The translations under genes were made by a program, and so were the position numbers. A stretch of 64,000 nucleotides of DNA. Origin: an uncultured Ruminococcus sp. GTDB taxonomy: Bacteria > Bacillota > Clostridia > Oscillospirales > CAG-272. The notes beneath the pieces were generated by a model. The model was not told the DNA's origin and made no database searches. It saw only the letters and a list, made by a program, of their open reading frames with translations. Shown here piece by piece: positions 27,725 through 37,212 of this stretch (the first letter of the stretch is position 1; each line of letters opens with the position of its first letter). Where the stretch lies: the NCBI GenBank assembly GCA_964624685.1, contig CAZUYA010000002.1:6423-70422 (forward strand), read 5' to 3'.

Positions 27725-28843
27725 GTGCAAGGAAAAGTAGAAAAAAAGAAATCCCCCCCAACCAAAAAAGCCGATTCGGAGACTAAATTGGCTCTGTTTT
27801 TGGTTTTTCTGATCATCGGTGTCGTTATTTTTACGACCGTTTTTGTGTTTCGGACTGCTTTTGCCGATTCCGATCCCGAAACGGAACAACCGGAAACCAC
27901 CGACTCGGAAAACGATCCACATCAACCGACACTTCCCGTATTTTCCAAAGGCACATTGATTCAACCGACACAAACTTCCGCTACAAAACAAATCACACAA
28001 TCCATCCATTCCGAATATGCAATCCTGGTCAATGCCGAAACCGGTGAGATCCTTGCCGCAAAAAACGGCAACGACCGTTTTGCTCCCGCTTCCATGACAA
28101 AAGTCATGACTTTGATCGTCGCTTGCGAACAGTTGAACCGGACCGATCTTGATCGCAAACTGACATTCACACAAGAAGCGTTTGATTACGTCACATCCGG
28201 CTCTTATGCCGGCACCGAACAGATACTTGGTGTCAACTACATCGGTGATACATTCAAAATTCGTGACCTCTTATACGGGATCGGTGTTTCTTCGGCGGCG
28301 GACTGTACATATTTAATTTGCAAAGAAATCAGCGGTTCCGAAGAAACGTTTGTCAATTTAATGAATGCAAAAACTTTGGAACTCGGATTGACCGATACCC
28401 ATTTTGACAATATCATCGGCTATGAAAGCGAGAATAATTATACCACTGCTTGCGACATGGCGGCAATCTTTTCTTACGCCATGCAATGCGATTTGATCAA
28501 CCAAATCTTATGCACGAAAGATTCTTTTCCCTATCGGGGCTATTATGAGACCGATGACGGTTCCGAAGCATCTTACAACCGATACTTCAGCAGCACATTG
28601 AACAACCGTTTGACCTCTTATCAAAGTGTATTCGGTTCTTCCTTCCGTTTGCAAACGGCAACCCTCTTGGGCGGCAAAACGGGATATTTGAAGGAAAACG
28701 GAGTTGTCAATAATTGTTTGGTCTCGTATCTTTCATCCACTTCCGACGGAACAAAATACGTCTTGGTACTGGGATGCAATAACCAATCATCGGCATATAC
28801 CATGCAAGATGTCAAAACGATTTCGGACGCTTATATTGATTGA
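27725..28843 (+). CDS. D-alanyl-D-alanine carboxypeptidase (S11 serine peptidase), membrane-anchored
   Basis: GTG start after a GAGAGGAG SD. N-terminal TM anchor. The SxxK motif lies in PASMTKVMTLIVA. Confidence 0.8.
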   Translation: MQGKVEKKKSPPTKKADSETKLALFLVFLIIGVVIFTTVFVFRTAFADSDPETEQPETTDSENDPHQPTLPVFSKGTLIQPTQTSATKQITQSIHSEYAILVNAETGEILAAKNGNDRFAPASMTKVMTLIVACEQLNRTDLDRKLTFTQEAFDYVTSGSYAGTEQILGVNYIGDTFKIRDLLYGIGVSSAADCTYLICKEISGSEETFVNLMNAKTLELGLTDTHFDNIIGYESENNYTTACDMAAIFSYAMQCDLINQILCTKDSFPYRGYYETDDGSEASYNRYFSSTLNNRLTSYQSVFGSSFRLQTATLLGGKTGYLKENGVVNNCLVSYLSSTSDGTKYVLVLGCNNQSSAYTMQDVKTISDAYID

Positions 28844-28914
28844 TCCGACATCAACAATCCTCCCGCAAAGTTTTGCATATACTGTAAGCAAAGCTTGAAA
28901 CGGGAGGATTTTTT

Positions 28915-29469
28915 ATGTTGGCAGAAAAACCTTATCAGACAGACCGTGCCGTGGAATATGCAAAAACTTGGGCACTTCGACGAAACCCGCTCTTTATTGA
29001 TTTTACGGGCATCGGCGGAAATTGTACCAATTTTGTATCACAATGCGTTTTGGCAGGGAGCTGTACGATGAATTACACGCCCGATTTCGGTTGGTACTAT
29101 ATTTCCCCCCAGGAACGCGCCCCCGCTTGGAGCAGTGTGGAATACTTTTACGATTTTATAACGGGCAATCCGGCTTTTGCCTCTCAAAACGGAGGAATCG
29201 GACCTTTTGCAACGGAGATCACACGCGCCGATGCCACGGTGGGAGACATTGCACAATACGCAAATGCCGACGGTAATTGGTATCATACGGTCATTGTCAC
29301 TGGACTTGACAATAATGAATTGTTGGTCAGCGCACAATCGGATGATGCATTGGATCGTCCGCTCTCCTCCTATCGGTTTGCCGATGTACGATTCTTGAGG
29401 ATTGCAGGAGTACGCATCGAAGTCAATGATGATGATTGTTTTTCCGTTTTGATCGGCGGCGGAAGATAA
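28915..29469 (+). CDS. putative amidase-domain protein
   Basis: GIGGNCTNFVSQCVLAG and WYHTVIVTG, a papain-like Cys/His arrangement. GGGAGG SD. Confidence 0.65.
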   Translation: MLAEKPYQTDRAVEYAKTWALRRNPLFIDFTGIGGNCTNFVSQCVLAGSCTMNYTPDFGWYYISPQERAPAWSSVEYFYDFITGNPAFASQNGGIGPFATEITRADATVGDIAQYANADGNWYHTVIVTGLDNNELLVSAQSDDALDRPLSSYRFADVRFLRIAGVRIEVNDDDCFSVLIGGGR

Positions 29470-29497
29470 CAAATGCCGATTCTTCAAACAAACAAGG

Positions 29498-29532
29498 ATC
29501 GCCTCAACTGTTACAAACACAGCTGAGGCGAT
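29498..29532. terminator. hairpin between convergent genes (likely bidirectional terminator)
   Basis: 13-bp stem with 1 mismatch, atcgcctcaactg/cagctgaggcgat, with a 9-nt loop. The flanking U-tracts are weak. Confidence 0.5.
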
Positions 29533-29537
29533 AAAAT

Positions 29538-30383
29538 TTAAGACGCACTTCCGTTTTTGGTGGTCGGAGCCAGGACGTCACGGACATCAATTTCAGTCAG
29601 CGTACTGTCGCTTGCCAAAAAATTCTTGACTAATTTTAATTTTGTGGACAACTCATCCGTATTTCCGAGTTTGACGGTACAACCGCCTCTCGTCTCGTAA
29701 GAAAGCGCACTTGTTTTGGAAAAATCAATGCTTGCCACTTGTTCCATCAATCCATTCGTTTTCAATGCCTCCGCCAATGTTTGCGTATAGGACAAATTCA
29801 AAGAAGCATTGGAAAAAACGATTGACTTTCCGACTTCGGCTGACAGGATGGACGGCAATACAGTCTCCAAAAACGGTGAAAAATCAGAGCAATCCGACTT
29901 TTCTTCCAAAACATAAAACGAGCCGGTCTTTCGATTGTATTCAAAAGAGATGTATTTTCCGTTATACATGGTGTACATTACGTTTTCTTTCTCTTTCAAT
30001 TCGATTTTCACCGAAAAAGGAAGGACGGAAACCGTACAGGATTGCACATAAGGAGCATGGGCAAACAGACGATTGCAAATTTGCTGCGGATCCAATGCCA
30101 AACTTTCATCGCCCAAAGAAATTCCGGCTGCCTGCAAAATTTGTTCCGACGTGTAATAACCGTTCCCGACCATCTCGACCGTTTGCAATTTGAAGAGCGG
30201 CAAAATTGCCAACAGTAAACACAAAATCAAAGTGATACAGCCGATTCCGAACATCACTCTGCGCAAAAGACGCAACAACGACGGATTCGGTTGTTTTTTG
30301 ATGGTATGCGGAGGACGATTTGGAGACAGCATATCCTCTCCCTGCCCGCGAATAGGAGTTTGGCGTTTCTTTTCCGTGTTCAT
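29538..30383 (-). CDS. ftsQ: cell division protein FtsQ/DivIB
   Basis: Single TM helix followed by a POTRA-like KLQTVEMVGNGYYTSEQILQAAGI. Start set at the ATG that overlaps the murG stop (ATGA). Confidence 0.75.
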   Translation of the reverse strand: MNTEKKRQTPIRGQGEDMLSPNRPPHTIKKQPNPSLLRLLRRVMFGIGCITLILCLLLAILPLFKLQTVEMVGNGYYTSEQILQAAGISLGDESLALDPQQICNRLFAHAPYVQSCTVSVLPFSVKIELKEKENVMYTMYNGKYISFEYNRKTGSFYVLEEKSDCSDFSPFLETVLPSILSAEVGKSIVFSNASLNLSYTQTLAEALKTNGLMEQVASIDFSKTSALSYETRGGCTVKLGNTDELSTKLKLVKNFLASDSTLTEIDVRDVLAPTTKNGSAS

Positions 30384-31534
30384 TGTTTTTCCGTACATTC
30401 CTTTCTGTTCTTTCCTTTTTGAGTAACAAGATCGGTAATTTCCTGCCAGATCATGCGATTGGCATCTTCATCGGCAAACGCGGCAATATGATCCGACAAT
30501 TCCGAACAAATTTTTTCCGAATGCAACAATTGTTCGACCGCATCAATCAAAGCACCGTCTGCCAAATTTTGCTCTTCCACCAGGATTGCCGCACCGGCAT
30601 CTGCCAACGTTTTTGCGTTTTTATATTGATGATTATCGGCAACATGCGGTGACGGAATCAAGATTCCGGCTTTTTTCATGCGTGCCAATTCGGATAAAGT
30701 CATTGCACCGGCACGAGAGATCACCACATCTGCCGCCGCCATATGAAGCGGCATATCGTAAATATAATCCACCAAAATACAATTGCCGCACGCATTCAAT
30801 CCGGCATTTGCAAATTGCTCCTGCGCAACCGCAAAATCCCGTTTTCCGGTTGCATGAACATGCAACAAAGACGGATCTTTTGCCACAACCTGCGACATAA
30901 CATCCATGACTGCACGATTGACTCCTTCTGCACCAAGACTTCCTCCAAACGATAAAATCAATCGCCGCGTTCCTTCAATTCCCAATTGTCTTCTTGCTTC
31001 CTGCTTGGAAATCGCACCGAATCCTCCGCGCAAAGGGTTACCGACTCGCACAATACGGTCACGGACGCGCAATAAATCGCGTGTGGCTTCAAAATTGATC
31101 CAAATGCGATCAACCTTTTTTTGCAATCGACGCACGGCAAGTCCGGGCAGTGCATTGGATTCATGAACGGCAGTCGGAATTCCCATCCTCGCTGCTGCCG
31201 CCATCAACGGCCAACAAGCATATCCGCCGGTTCCGATCACAATATCCGGACAAAATTCTTTCAAAATTCGAACGGTATTTTTGGCATAGGGCGATGTTGC
31301 CGCCAACCAAAGTGCTTTCAGATTGGACAAAGAAAACGAACGTCGGATTCCCATGGATTCAACATAATGCAACGGATACCCTTCCCGCGGAACCAAATCA
31401 TTTTCCTTCCCCGTTTTGATCCCGACAAATTCGATCACAGCCGATGAGTCATTGTTCCGAATGATCTCGGCAATCGCCAATGCGGGGTTAATATGCCCGG
31501 CAGTCCCGCCACCCGTTAAAAGCACACGCATCAC
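30380..31534 (-). CDS. murG: UDP-GlcNAc:lipid I N-acetylglucosaminyltransferase MurG
   Basis: VLLTGGGTAGHINPALA, with a GT28 N and C domain layout. Confidence 0.92.
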   Translation of the reverse strand: MMRVLLTGGGTAGHINPALAIAEIIRNNDSSAVIEFVGIKTGKENDLVPREGYPLHYVESMGIRRSFSLSNLKALWLAATSPYAKNTVRILKEFCPDIVIGTGGYACWPLMAAAARMGIPTAVHESNALPGLAVRRLQKKVDRIWINFEATRDLLRVRDRIVRVGNPLRGGFGAISKQEARRQLGIEGTRRLILSFGGSLGAEGVNRAVMDVMSQVVAKDPSLLHVHATGKRDFAVAQEQFANAGLNACGNCILVDYIYDMPLHMAAADVVISRAGAMTLSELARMKKAGILIPSPHVADNHQYKNAKTLADAGAAILVEEQNLADGALIDAVEQLLHSEKICSELSDHIAAFADEDANRMIWQEITDLVTQKGKNRKECTEKQ

Positions 31535-31837
31535 TTACACCGCCATCCCGCCGACAGTTCCCTGCCACAGCATAGAAGATCCCACAAAGAACACCAAGGT
31601 CAACAATACCGGAATGGTAAACCAACGCTTGTCACCGTGAAAATACGGTACAAAGCAAAACGCAACAAAAGAGAGTGCAGCCCCGCCGAATACAGCACAA
31701 AGGCAACCTAAAATGCCATCAAAGTACTGTGCCGCCAGTTCCGTTCCAAACAAAAACATCCACAACAAATACACTGCGGAAAATCCCAATACTCCGCAAA
31801 AAGCTTTCAAAAAACGTCTGGTCCTGATTTTTTTCAT
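31535..31837 (-). CDS. hypothetical 100-aa membrane protein inside the dcw cluster
   Basis: Three hydrophobic helices. Its stop directly abuts the murG start. No family recognised. Confidence 0.5.
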   Translation of the reverse strand: MKKIRTRRFLKAFCGVLGFSAVYLLWMFLFGTELAAQYFDGILGCLCAVFGGAALSFVAFCFVPYFHGDKRWFTIPVLLTLVFFVGSSMLWQGTVGGMAV

Positions 31838-31858
31838 ATTTGTAACCTCGTTCTCCCT

Positions 31859-33091
31859 TCATATTTTTTGATGTGAAGAATACCGTGAAATGGAAAGAAT
31901 GATTCCGACTTCAAAAATCTGCAACATCAAAGAGGTTCCGCCGTAACTGAAGAACGGCAATGAAATCCCGGTATTCGGTATAGAATTTGTAACCACCGCA
32001 ATATTGAGGATAACTTGCAGTGCCACCTTAAACGTTAAACCATAGACCATCAATGCACTGCAACGATCCGGTGCATGACGTGCAATATGAAATCCGCGCC
32101 AAACGAACGCCACGAACAAACCGATCACAAGTGCGGCTCCGAGAAATCCCAATTCTTCACAAACGATGGTAAAAATAAAATCATTCTGCGGTTGTGAAAC
32201 GTACCCGTATTTTTGACGGCTGTTGCCAAGTCCCGTACCGAACAATCCGCCGGAACCGATTGCCATCAACCCCTGCAACGTTTGCCATGCCGAACCGAGC
32301 GGATCGGCATTTTCGATATTTAACCAAGTATCCACACGTGCCAATGCGTGCGGATAGATCAGGACCAGCATCCCTGCCGCACAAACAACGATTGCCGCCA
32401 ATCCCATCAACCATCGCATTTTGGTGCCACCCAAAAACATCACAACAACACCGACCATTGCAATGATCAACAAGCCCGAAACGTGCTTTTCCAGTGCAAC
32501 GAATACACCGACACCTCCGATCATCATTCCCGGATATAAAACACCGTAACGAAAATCGCCGCCAAAGCGATGGACCGATGTCACCTGTTTCTCATGTTCG
32601 GACAAAAATCGTGCCAATGTCAACACCAATGCCAATTTGGCAATTTCGGAAGGCTGTAAGGTAAAAAATCCAAAATTGATCCAACGCTTTGCCCCACTGT
32701 TCAAATCGGTACCGAGCGGCGTCATAACCAACAAGAGAAGAAAGATAGAAATTCCGTAAAAAATATAGGAAAAATCTTTCCAAAACATGGGGGTGCAATA
32801 CTTGACAATCGGTATGGTAAAAGCAACCGCAAGCAACAAAAAAATCAAATGTCGCGCAATAAAATAGGTGGAATCATCATGATGTTGTTCGGCAAACACA
32901 TAGGAAGCACTGTAAATCATTACACACCCAAACAAAACCAATGCCGCTGTAATGAAAAGCATGGGAACATCTATGCTCCCCTTTTTCGGTGACTCTGCCG
33001 TCATTGCGACAGTTTCTCCAAGATCGGTATCTTCCGAAATCGCTTTTCCAAACGATTCGGCTTTTGATTTTTCGGATCGACGTTGTTCCAC
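31859..33091 (-). CDS. ftsW: SEDS-family peptidoglycan polymerase FtsW/SpoVE
   Basis: 10-TM SEDS layout with conserved blocks QPSEIAKL, GLGNSRQKYGYVSQPQNDFIF and PFFSYGGTS. Confidence 0.88.
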   Translation of the reverse strand: MEQRRSEKSKAESFGKAISEDTDLGETVAMTAESPKKGSIDVPMLFITAALVLFGCVMIYSASYVFAEQHHDDSTYFIARHLIFLLLAVAFTIPIVKYCTPMFWKDFSYIFYGISIFLLLLVMTPLGTDLNSGAKRWINFGFFTLQPSEIAKLALVLTLARFLSEHEKQVTSVHRFGGDFRYGVLYPGMMIGGVGVFVALEKHVSGLLIIAMVGVVVMFLGGTKMRWLMGLAAIVVCAAGMLVLIYPHALARVDTWLNIENADPLGSAWQTLQGLMAIGSGGLFGTGLGNSRQKYGYVSQPQNDFIFTIVCEELGFLGAALVIGLFVAFVWRGFHIARHAPDRCSALMVYGLTFKVALQVILNIAVVTNSIPNTGISLPFFSYGGTSLMLQIFEVGIILSISRYSSHQKI

Positions 33092-33133
33092 CGGATTGCC
33101 TCCTTTCCGACTGTTTTGATGTTTTATCTGCGG

Positions 33134-34129
33134 TTAAAACGCAAACCAAGCAAAAACGCAAAACAAAATTTCAACCAATGTAAACACAAGCACAATTGTG
33201 TTTTCACTCCAACCGCATTGCTCAAAATGATGATGGATCGGTGCCATTTTGAACAATCGTTTCCCTTTTGTTATTTTATAGTAACAGATCTGCAAAAAGC
33301 TGGACAACATTTCCAAAATGTACACAGCACAAACAATTAACCCCATCATCCCGTTTCCGTATCCGAATGCCGCACCGATGGCAAGAGCACCGAAAAACAA
33401 AGAGCCTGTATCTCCCATAAACACACGGGCGGGGTGAAAATTATAAATCAAAAATCCGAGAGAAGAACCGATGAGAACAGCCGAAACCATCGAAAGTCCG
33501 CTGTCGGCACTCTTCAATGCCAATGCGGCATAAAAGAGTCCGATGACACATGTCACGGAAGACGCAAGACCGTCGATCCCATCCGTAATATTCCCGCCAT
33601 TCACCACACCGGTCAAAACAATCACCGCAACGGGATAAAACAACCATCCCAAGTCTAAACTTTGATCCAAAAAAGGAAGCACGATCTCGGACGTCATATT
33701 GCCCGTATAGGACATCACACAAACATAGGCTGAAGCAATGACCAATTGCAAAAACAACTTTTGCATCCTGGTCAATCCTTCGTTCTGTTTTTTCACCAAC
33801 TTACAGTAATCATCCACAAACCCGATGGCACCGTTTGCAACAGCAAACGCAAGTGTTACACTGAGCGAAATCAAATCAACGGCGGTATCCTTGAACGCCT
33901 GATAGATAAAAAATCCTGCCATCACAATCATGGATGCCAAAATGAAACCGATTCCGCCCATAATGGGGGTTCCTTCCTTGGATTTATGCCAACGTGGACC
34001 AATATCCAAGATACGTTGTCCCAATTTATGGGATCGTAAAACCGGAATTAAAAAATGTTCGGCAACAACGGTCAAGCCAAAGATTGCCCCAACGGCAATT
34101 ACAAACAGAACAATCATTTCCTCTGTCAT
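33134..34129 (-). CDS. mraY: phospho-N-acetylmuramoyl-pentapeptide transferase MraY
   Basis: Motifs GFVDDYCKL, NITDGIDGLA and the C-terminal MAPIHHHFE. Confidence 0.92.
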   Translation of the reverse strand: MTEEMIVLFVIAVGAIFGLTVVAEHFLIPVLRSHKLGQRILDIGPRWHKSKEGTPIMGGIGFILASMIVMAGFFIYQAFKDTAVDLISLSVTLAFAVANGAIGFVDDYCKLVKKQNEGLTRMQKLFLQLVIASAYVCVMSYTGNMTSEIVLPFLDQSLDLGWLFYPVAVIVLTGVVNGGNITDGIDGLASSVTCVIGLFYAALALKSADSGLSMVSAVLIGSSLGFLIYNFHPARVFMGDTGSLFFGALAIGAAFGYGNGMMGLIVCAVYILEMLSSFLQICYYKITKGKRLFKMAPIHHHFEQCGWSENTIVLVFTLVEILFCVFAWFAF

Positions 34130-34166
34130 GCGTCCATCCTTCCTTCTGTCACCCCGCTTTGTCGTA

Positions 34167-35588
34167 TCAACGGGATAAAAATCCTGTTTTCATCAAATCA
34201 ATCAACCGCTCCAATCGAATCGAACGGCTTGCCTTAAACAAAATACTGTCTCCTTCTTGCAAATCGGACAACAGCCGCGCACACAGTGTCGGGAACTCGG
34301 TATCATCCGTTACAGACAGGATCCGACTCCGATCCATTCCGCCGTAAGTTGCTCCCTGCGCGATCCATGCACCGCCTGTTCCAACCGTATATAACCAATC
34401 AAACCCAGCCTCGGCAAGTTTTTTTCCGACCATACGGTGCATAGAATCGCTCTCCGTCCCCAATTCCAACATATCTCCGAGTACAGCAACACTTCTGCCG
34501 CCGCAATGCCCGGCAAACTCTGCTACCGTTTCCAATGCGGCGCACATGGATTCCGGTGAAGCATTGTAGCAATCTTCAAAAATCGTCATTCCATGAAATG
34601 GATACCGATTTTGCCGCATACCGACCGTTTCATATCGCAACAATCCGTGTCGAATTTCATCCGTCGAAAGACCAGCCTCCCTGCCGACAGCAAAAGCATA
34701 CAATGCGGCATAAACGTTATGCCGTCCCAATACGCGAATCCGCATATCCGAATAGCAGGTGCCGCGTTCCGAAAGATCAAAAACGGTACAATCCTTTTCC
34801 ACATGAATATTTTGCGCAAAATAATCGGCATCCGAATGACAAAGAGAAACATAGCACGTGCGGAATCCGTCACCGATTCCGGACAGCAACGGTTCATCGC
34901 CGTTGAGCAATAACAGACCGTCCCTCTTTAATCCGAGAAGCAATTCTGTTTTGGCACGGCATATATTCTCACGACTTCCCAATTGTTCCAAATGCGAACT
35001 TCCGATATTGGTAATCACTCCGATATTCGGCTCAGCAGTCAAAGACATTCGTTTGATCTCTCCAAACGCACTCATGCCCATTTCCAATACTGCAAACTCA
35101 CAGGCACCGTCGATTTCCAATATCGACAGCGGCATTCCGATCACACTGTTGTGATTCCCTTTTGAGAAATACACCCGACGCGATTCGGAAAGGACCGCGG
35201 CAATCATATCCTTGGTCGTTGTTTTTCCGACGCTCCCCGTAACGGCAATTTTTTGACAGGACAACGTTTTCTGATACGCATGGGCGCATACGGAAAGAGC
35301 AAGCTCGCTGTCCGGAACAACAATGCAGGTCAGGCTCTCCGTCACCATTGTCGGCAATCGTTCGCAAAGAACGCAACGACATCCGTTCCGAATCGCCGCA
35401 TGAATATAATCATGACCGTCAACACGTGTGCCGCGCAATGCAACGAATACCGTGTTTTGATCCGCTTCCCCAGAATCCGTACACAATCCGCTAATACGGA
35501 CATCCGATGGTGCCGCCCCGTGAAGAACACCGCCGCAAAAATCGGCAAATGCCGCAAGAGACACCGATGTCGGAAATTCAGCCTTCAT
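34167..35588 (-). CDS. murF: UDP-MurNAc-tripeptide--D-Ala-D-Ala ligase MurF
   Basis: P-loop TGSVGKTTTKDM with Mur ligase middle and C domains. Start set at the ATG overlapping the murE stop (ATGA). Confidence 0.9.
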   Translation of the reverse strand: MKAEFPTSVSLAAFADFCGGVLHGAAPSDVRISGLCTDSGEADQNTVFVALRGTRVDGHDYIHAAIRNGCRCVLCERLPTMVTESLTCIVVPDSELALSVCAHAYQKTLSCQKIAVTGSVGKTTTKDMIAAVLSESRRVYFSKGNHNSVIGMPLSILEIDGACEFAVLEMGMSAFGEIKRMSLTAEPNIGVITNIGSSHLEQLGSRENICRAKTELLLGLKRDGLLLLNGDEPLLSGIGDGFRTCYVSLCHSDADYFAQNIHVEKDCTVFDLSERGTCYSDMRIRVLGRHNVYAALYAFAVGREAGLSTDEIRHGLLRYETVGMRQNRYPFHGMTIFEDCYNASPESMCAALETVAEFAGHCGGRSVAVLGDMLELGTESDSMHRMVGKKLAEAGFDWLYTVGTGGAWIAQGATYGGMDRSRILSVTDDTEFPTLCARLLSDLQEGDSILFKASRSIRLERLIDLMKTGFLSR

Positions 35589-37135
35589 GACAGTCCTTCT
35601 CCTTCCCAATCCTTGTCCTTCCGTATTCTTCCCTGCTCAAAACGCTTGAAAAATGCATCACGCACAATTTCACGCTCATCAAAAGGACGTTTTCCTTCTT
35701 TTGTAATTTCGTAAGTTTCATGTCCCTTCCCCGCCAAAAGGATAAGATCGCCCTTTTGTGCTGAAGAAATGACCGATTCGATCGCCTGTTTTCGATTCGG
35801 GATCACCGAATACGGCGTTTCCAAATCCATGCCGGACAAAATCTCTTCGATAATTTTGTTCGGCTCTTCACTACGGCTGTTATCGGAAGTTACGATCACA
35901 ACATCGGCGTTCTGTGATGCAATATGCCCCATCACCGCACGCTTGGTACGATCACGATCTCCGCCGCAACCGAACAATACGATCAGCCGCCCATTATCTG
36001 ATCGGAAGTGTTTGGCAGTATGCAGGAGTTTCTCCAATGCATCCGGAGTATGCGCATAATCAATCAGAACGGTAAAATCGGCACCGGGTAAACGCACCCG
36101 TTCCATCCGTCCTTTGACAACATGGAATGTCGCCAAAGAATTTTGAATCACGGCGGGTGCACAACCGAGTTCCAAAGCGCATATGGCGGCTTGCATGGAA
36201 TTCATAATCGTAAAATCACCCGGTATCGGGCAAGAAATTTTCAAACGAGTACAAACCGAACACAACCGATAGGACACCCCCCATGGATCAACCGTCGGTT
36301 CATCGGCATAGAAATCGGCTTTGCGTCCGCCATTCGAGCATGTGATACAGTCCCCTGATACAGCACGTTGCATTTGCGACGCATACGGAGAATCTGCATT
36401 GATGACGGCAAACCGTGCTTTTTGAAACAGAGTTGCTTTGGCTTGCGCATAGGATGACATCGTTTTATGGAAATCCAAATGCTCCGGGGTTAAATTGGTA
36501 AAAATCGCCGCTTCAAATCGCAACGGTGCCAACTTTTGTAAAGCCAATGCGTGAGAAGAAACCTCCATAACAACATATTCCACATCATCCCGCACCATTT
36601 GCGCCAAAATCGCATACAACTGTTCCGGATCCGGCGTGGTCATATTGGCGGTTCCATCCCATATTGGCAATTCCGGCTTTCTGCCGACCGATTCACATCC
36701 GATCGTTCCGATCAAACCGCAACGATGAAGAGAATTTTCCAAAATTGTACGTATCATATGCGTGACGCTGGTTTTTCCGTTGGTTCCCGTGACTCCGATC
36801 AAACGCAATCGTTCCCCCGGAAAACCGTACCAAGCATGATATAGGTATGCGCAGGTTGATCGGCAATCTCCGCATTGCAAGTAAATGACCGACGATTCGG
36901 ACGGAATTTCAGCATACCGATCCACCAAGATGCATACAGCACCGTTTTTTACGGCATGTTCAATGTAAGTATGCCCGTCTGTATGCAACCCGCGAATACA
37001 AATGAACAGTCCACCCGAAACCACGCGACGCGAATCGGTCGCAAGCCCGACAATCTCCGTGTTTTCAGCCTCCGGCGGACAAAAAACGTCAGCCGCGGCG
37101 CACAAATGTTTCAATTTCACAGTGCCATCCCCCAA
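35585..37135 (-). CDS. murE: UDP-MurNAc-L-Ala-D-Glu--2,6-diaminopimelate ligase MurE
   Basis: GVTGTNGKTSVTHM. The C-terminal motif reads DNSRSEEP where mDAP-type enzymes usually read DNPR (Arg retained). A GTG 5 codons downstream is an alternative start. Confidence 0.88.
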   Translation of the reverse strand: MGDGTVKLKHLCAAADVFCPPEAENTEIVGLATDSRRVVSGGLFICIRGLHTDGHTYIEHAVKNGAVCILVDRYAEIPSESSVIYLQCGDCRSTCAYLYHAWYGFPGERLRLIGVTGTNGKTSVTHMIRTILENSLHRCGLIGTIGCESVGRKPELPIWDGTANMTTPDPEQLYAILAQMVRDDVEYVVMEVSSHALALQKLAPLRFEAAIFTNLTPEHLDFHKTMSSYAQAKATLFQKARFAVINADSPYASQMQRAVSGDCITCSNGGRKADFYADEPTVDPWGVSYRLCSVCTRLKISCPIPGDFTIMNSMQAAICALELGCAPAVIQNSLATFHVVKGRMERVRLPGADFTVLIDYAHTPDALEKLLHTAKHFRSDNGRLIVLFGCGGDRDRTKRAVMGHIASQNADVVIVTSDNSRSEEPNKIIEEILSGMDLETPYSVIPNRKQAIESVISSAQKGDLILLAGKGHETYEITKEGKRPFDEREIVRDAFFKRFEQGRIRKDKDWEGEGLS

Positions 37136-37212
37136 AACCGAAAATTTTCATTTTCACGTCCCGGCAGACAGCTCTGCCCGGCTTCCGAATCAAAAAATAT
37201 GATTGGAAACCA

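Noticed and set aside
37160-37181. GC-rich hairpin between the PBP gene and murE. A similar 9-bp hairpin lies at 39673-39695 between the ftsL-like gene and the PBP gene.
   Set aside because: Neither is followed by a U-tract on the transcribed (minus) strand, so they are not called as terminators. They may be RNA stabilising or processing elements, but the sequence alone does not support a call.
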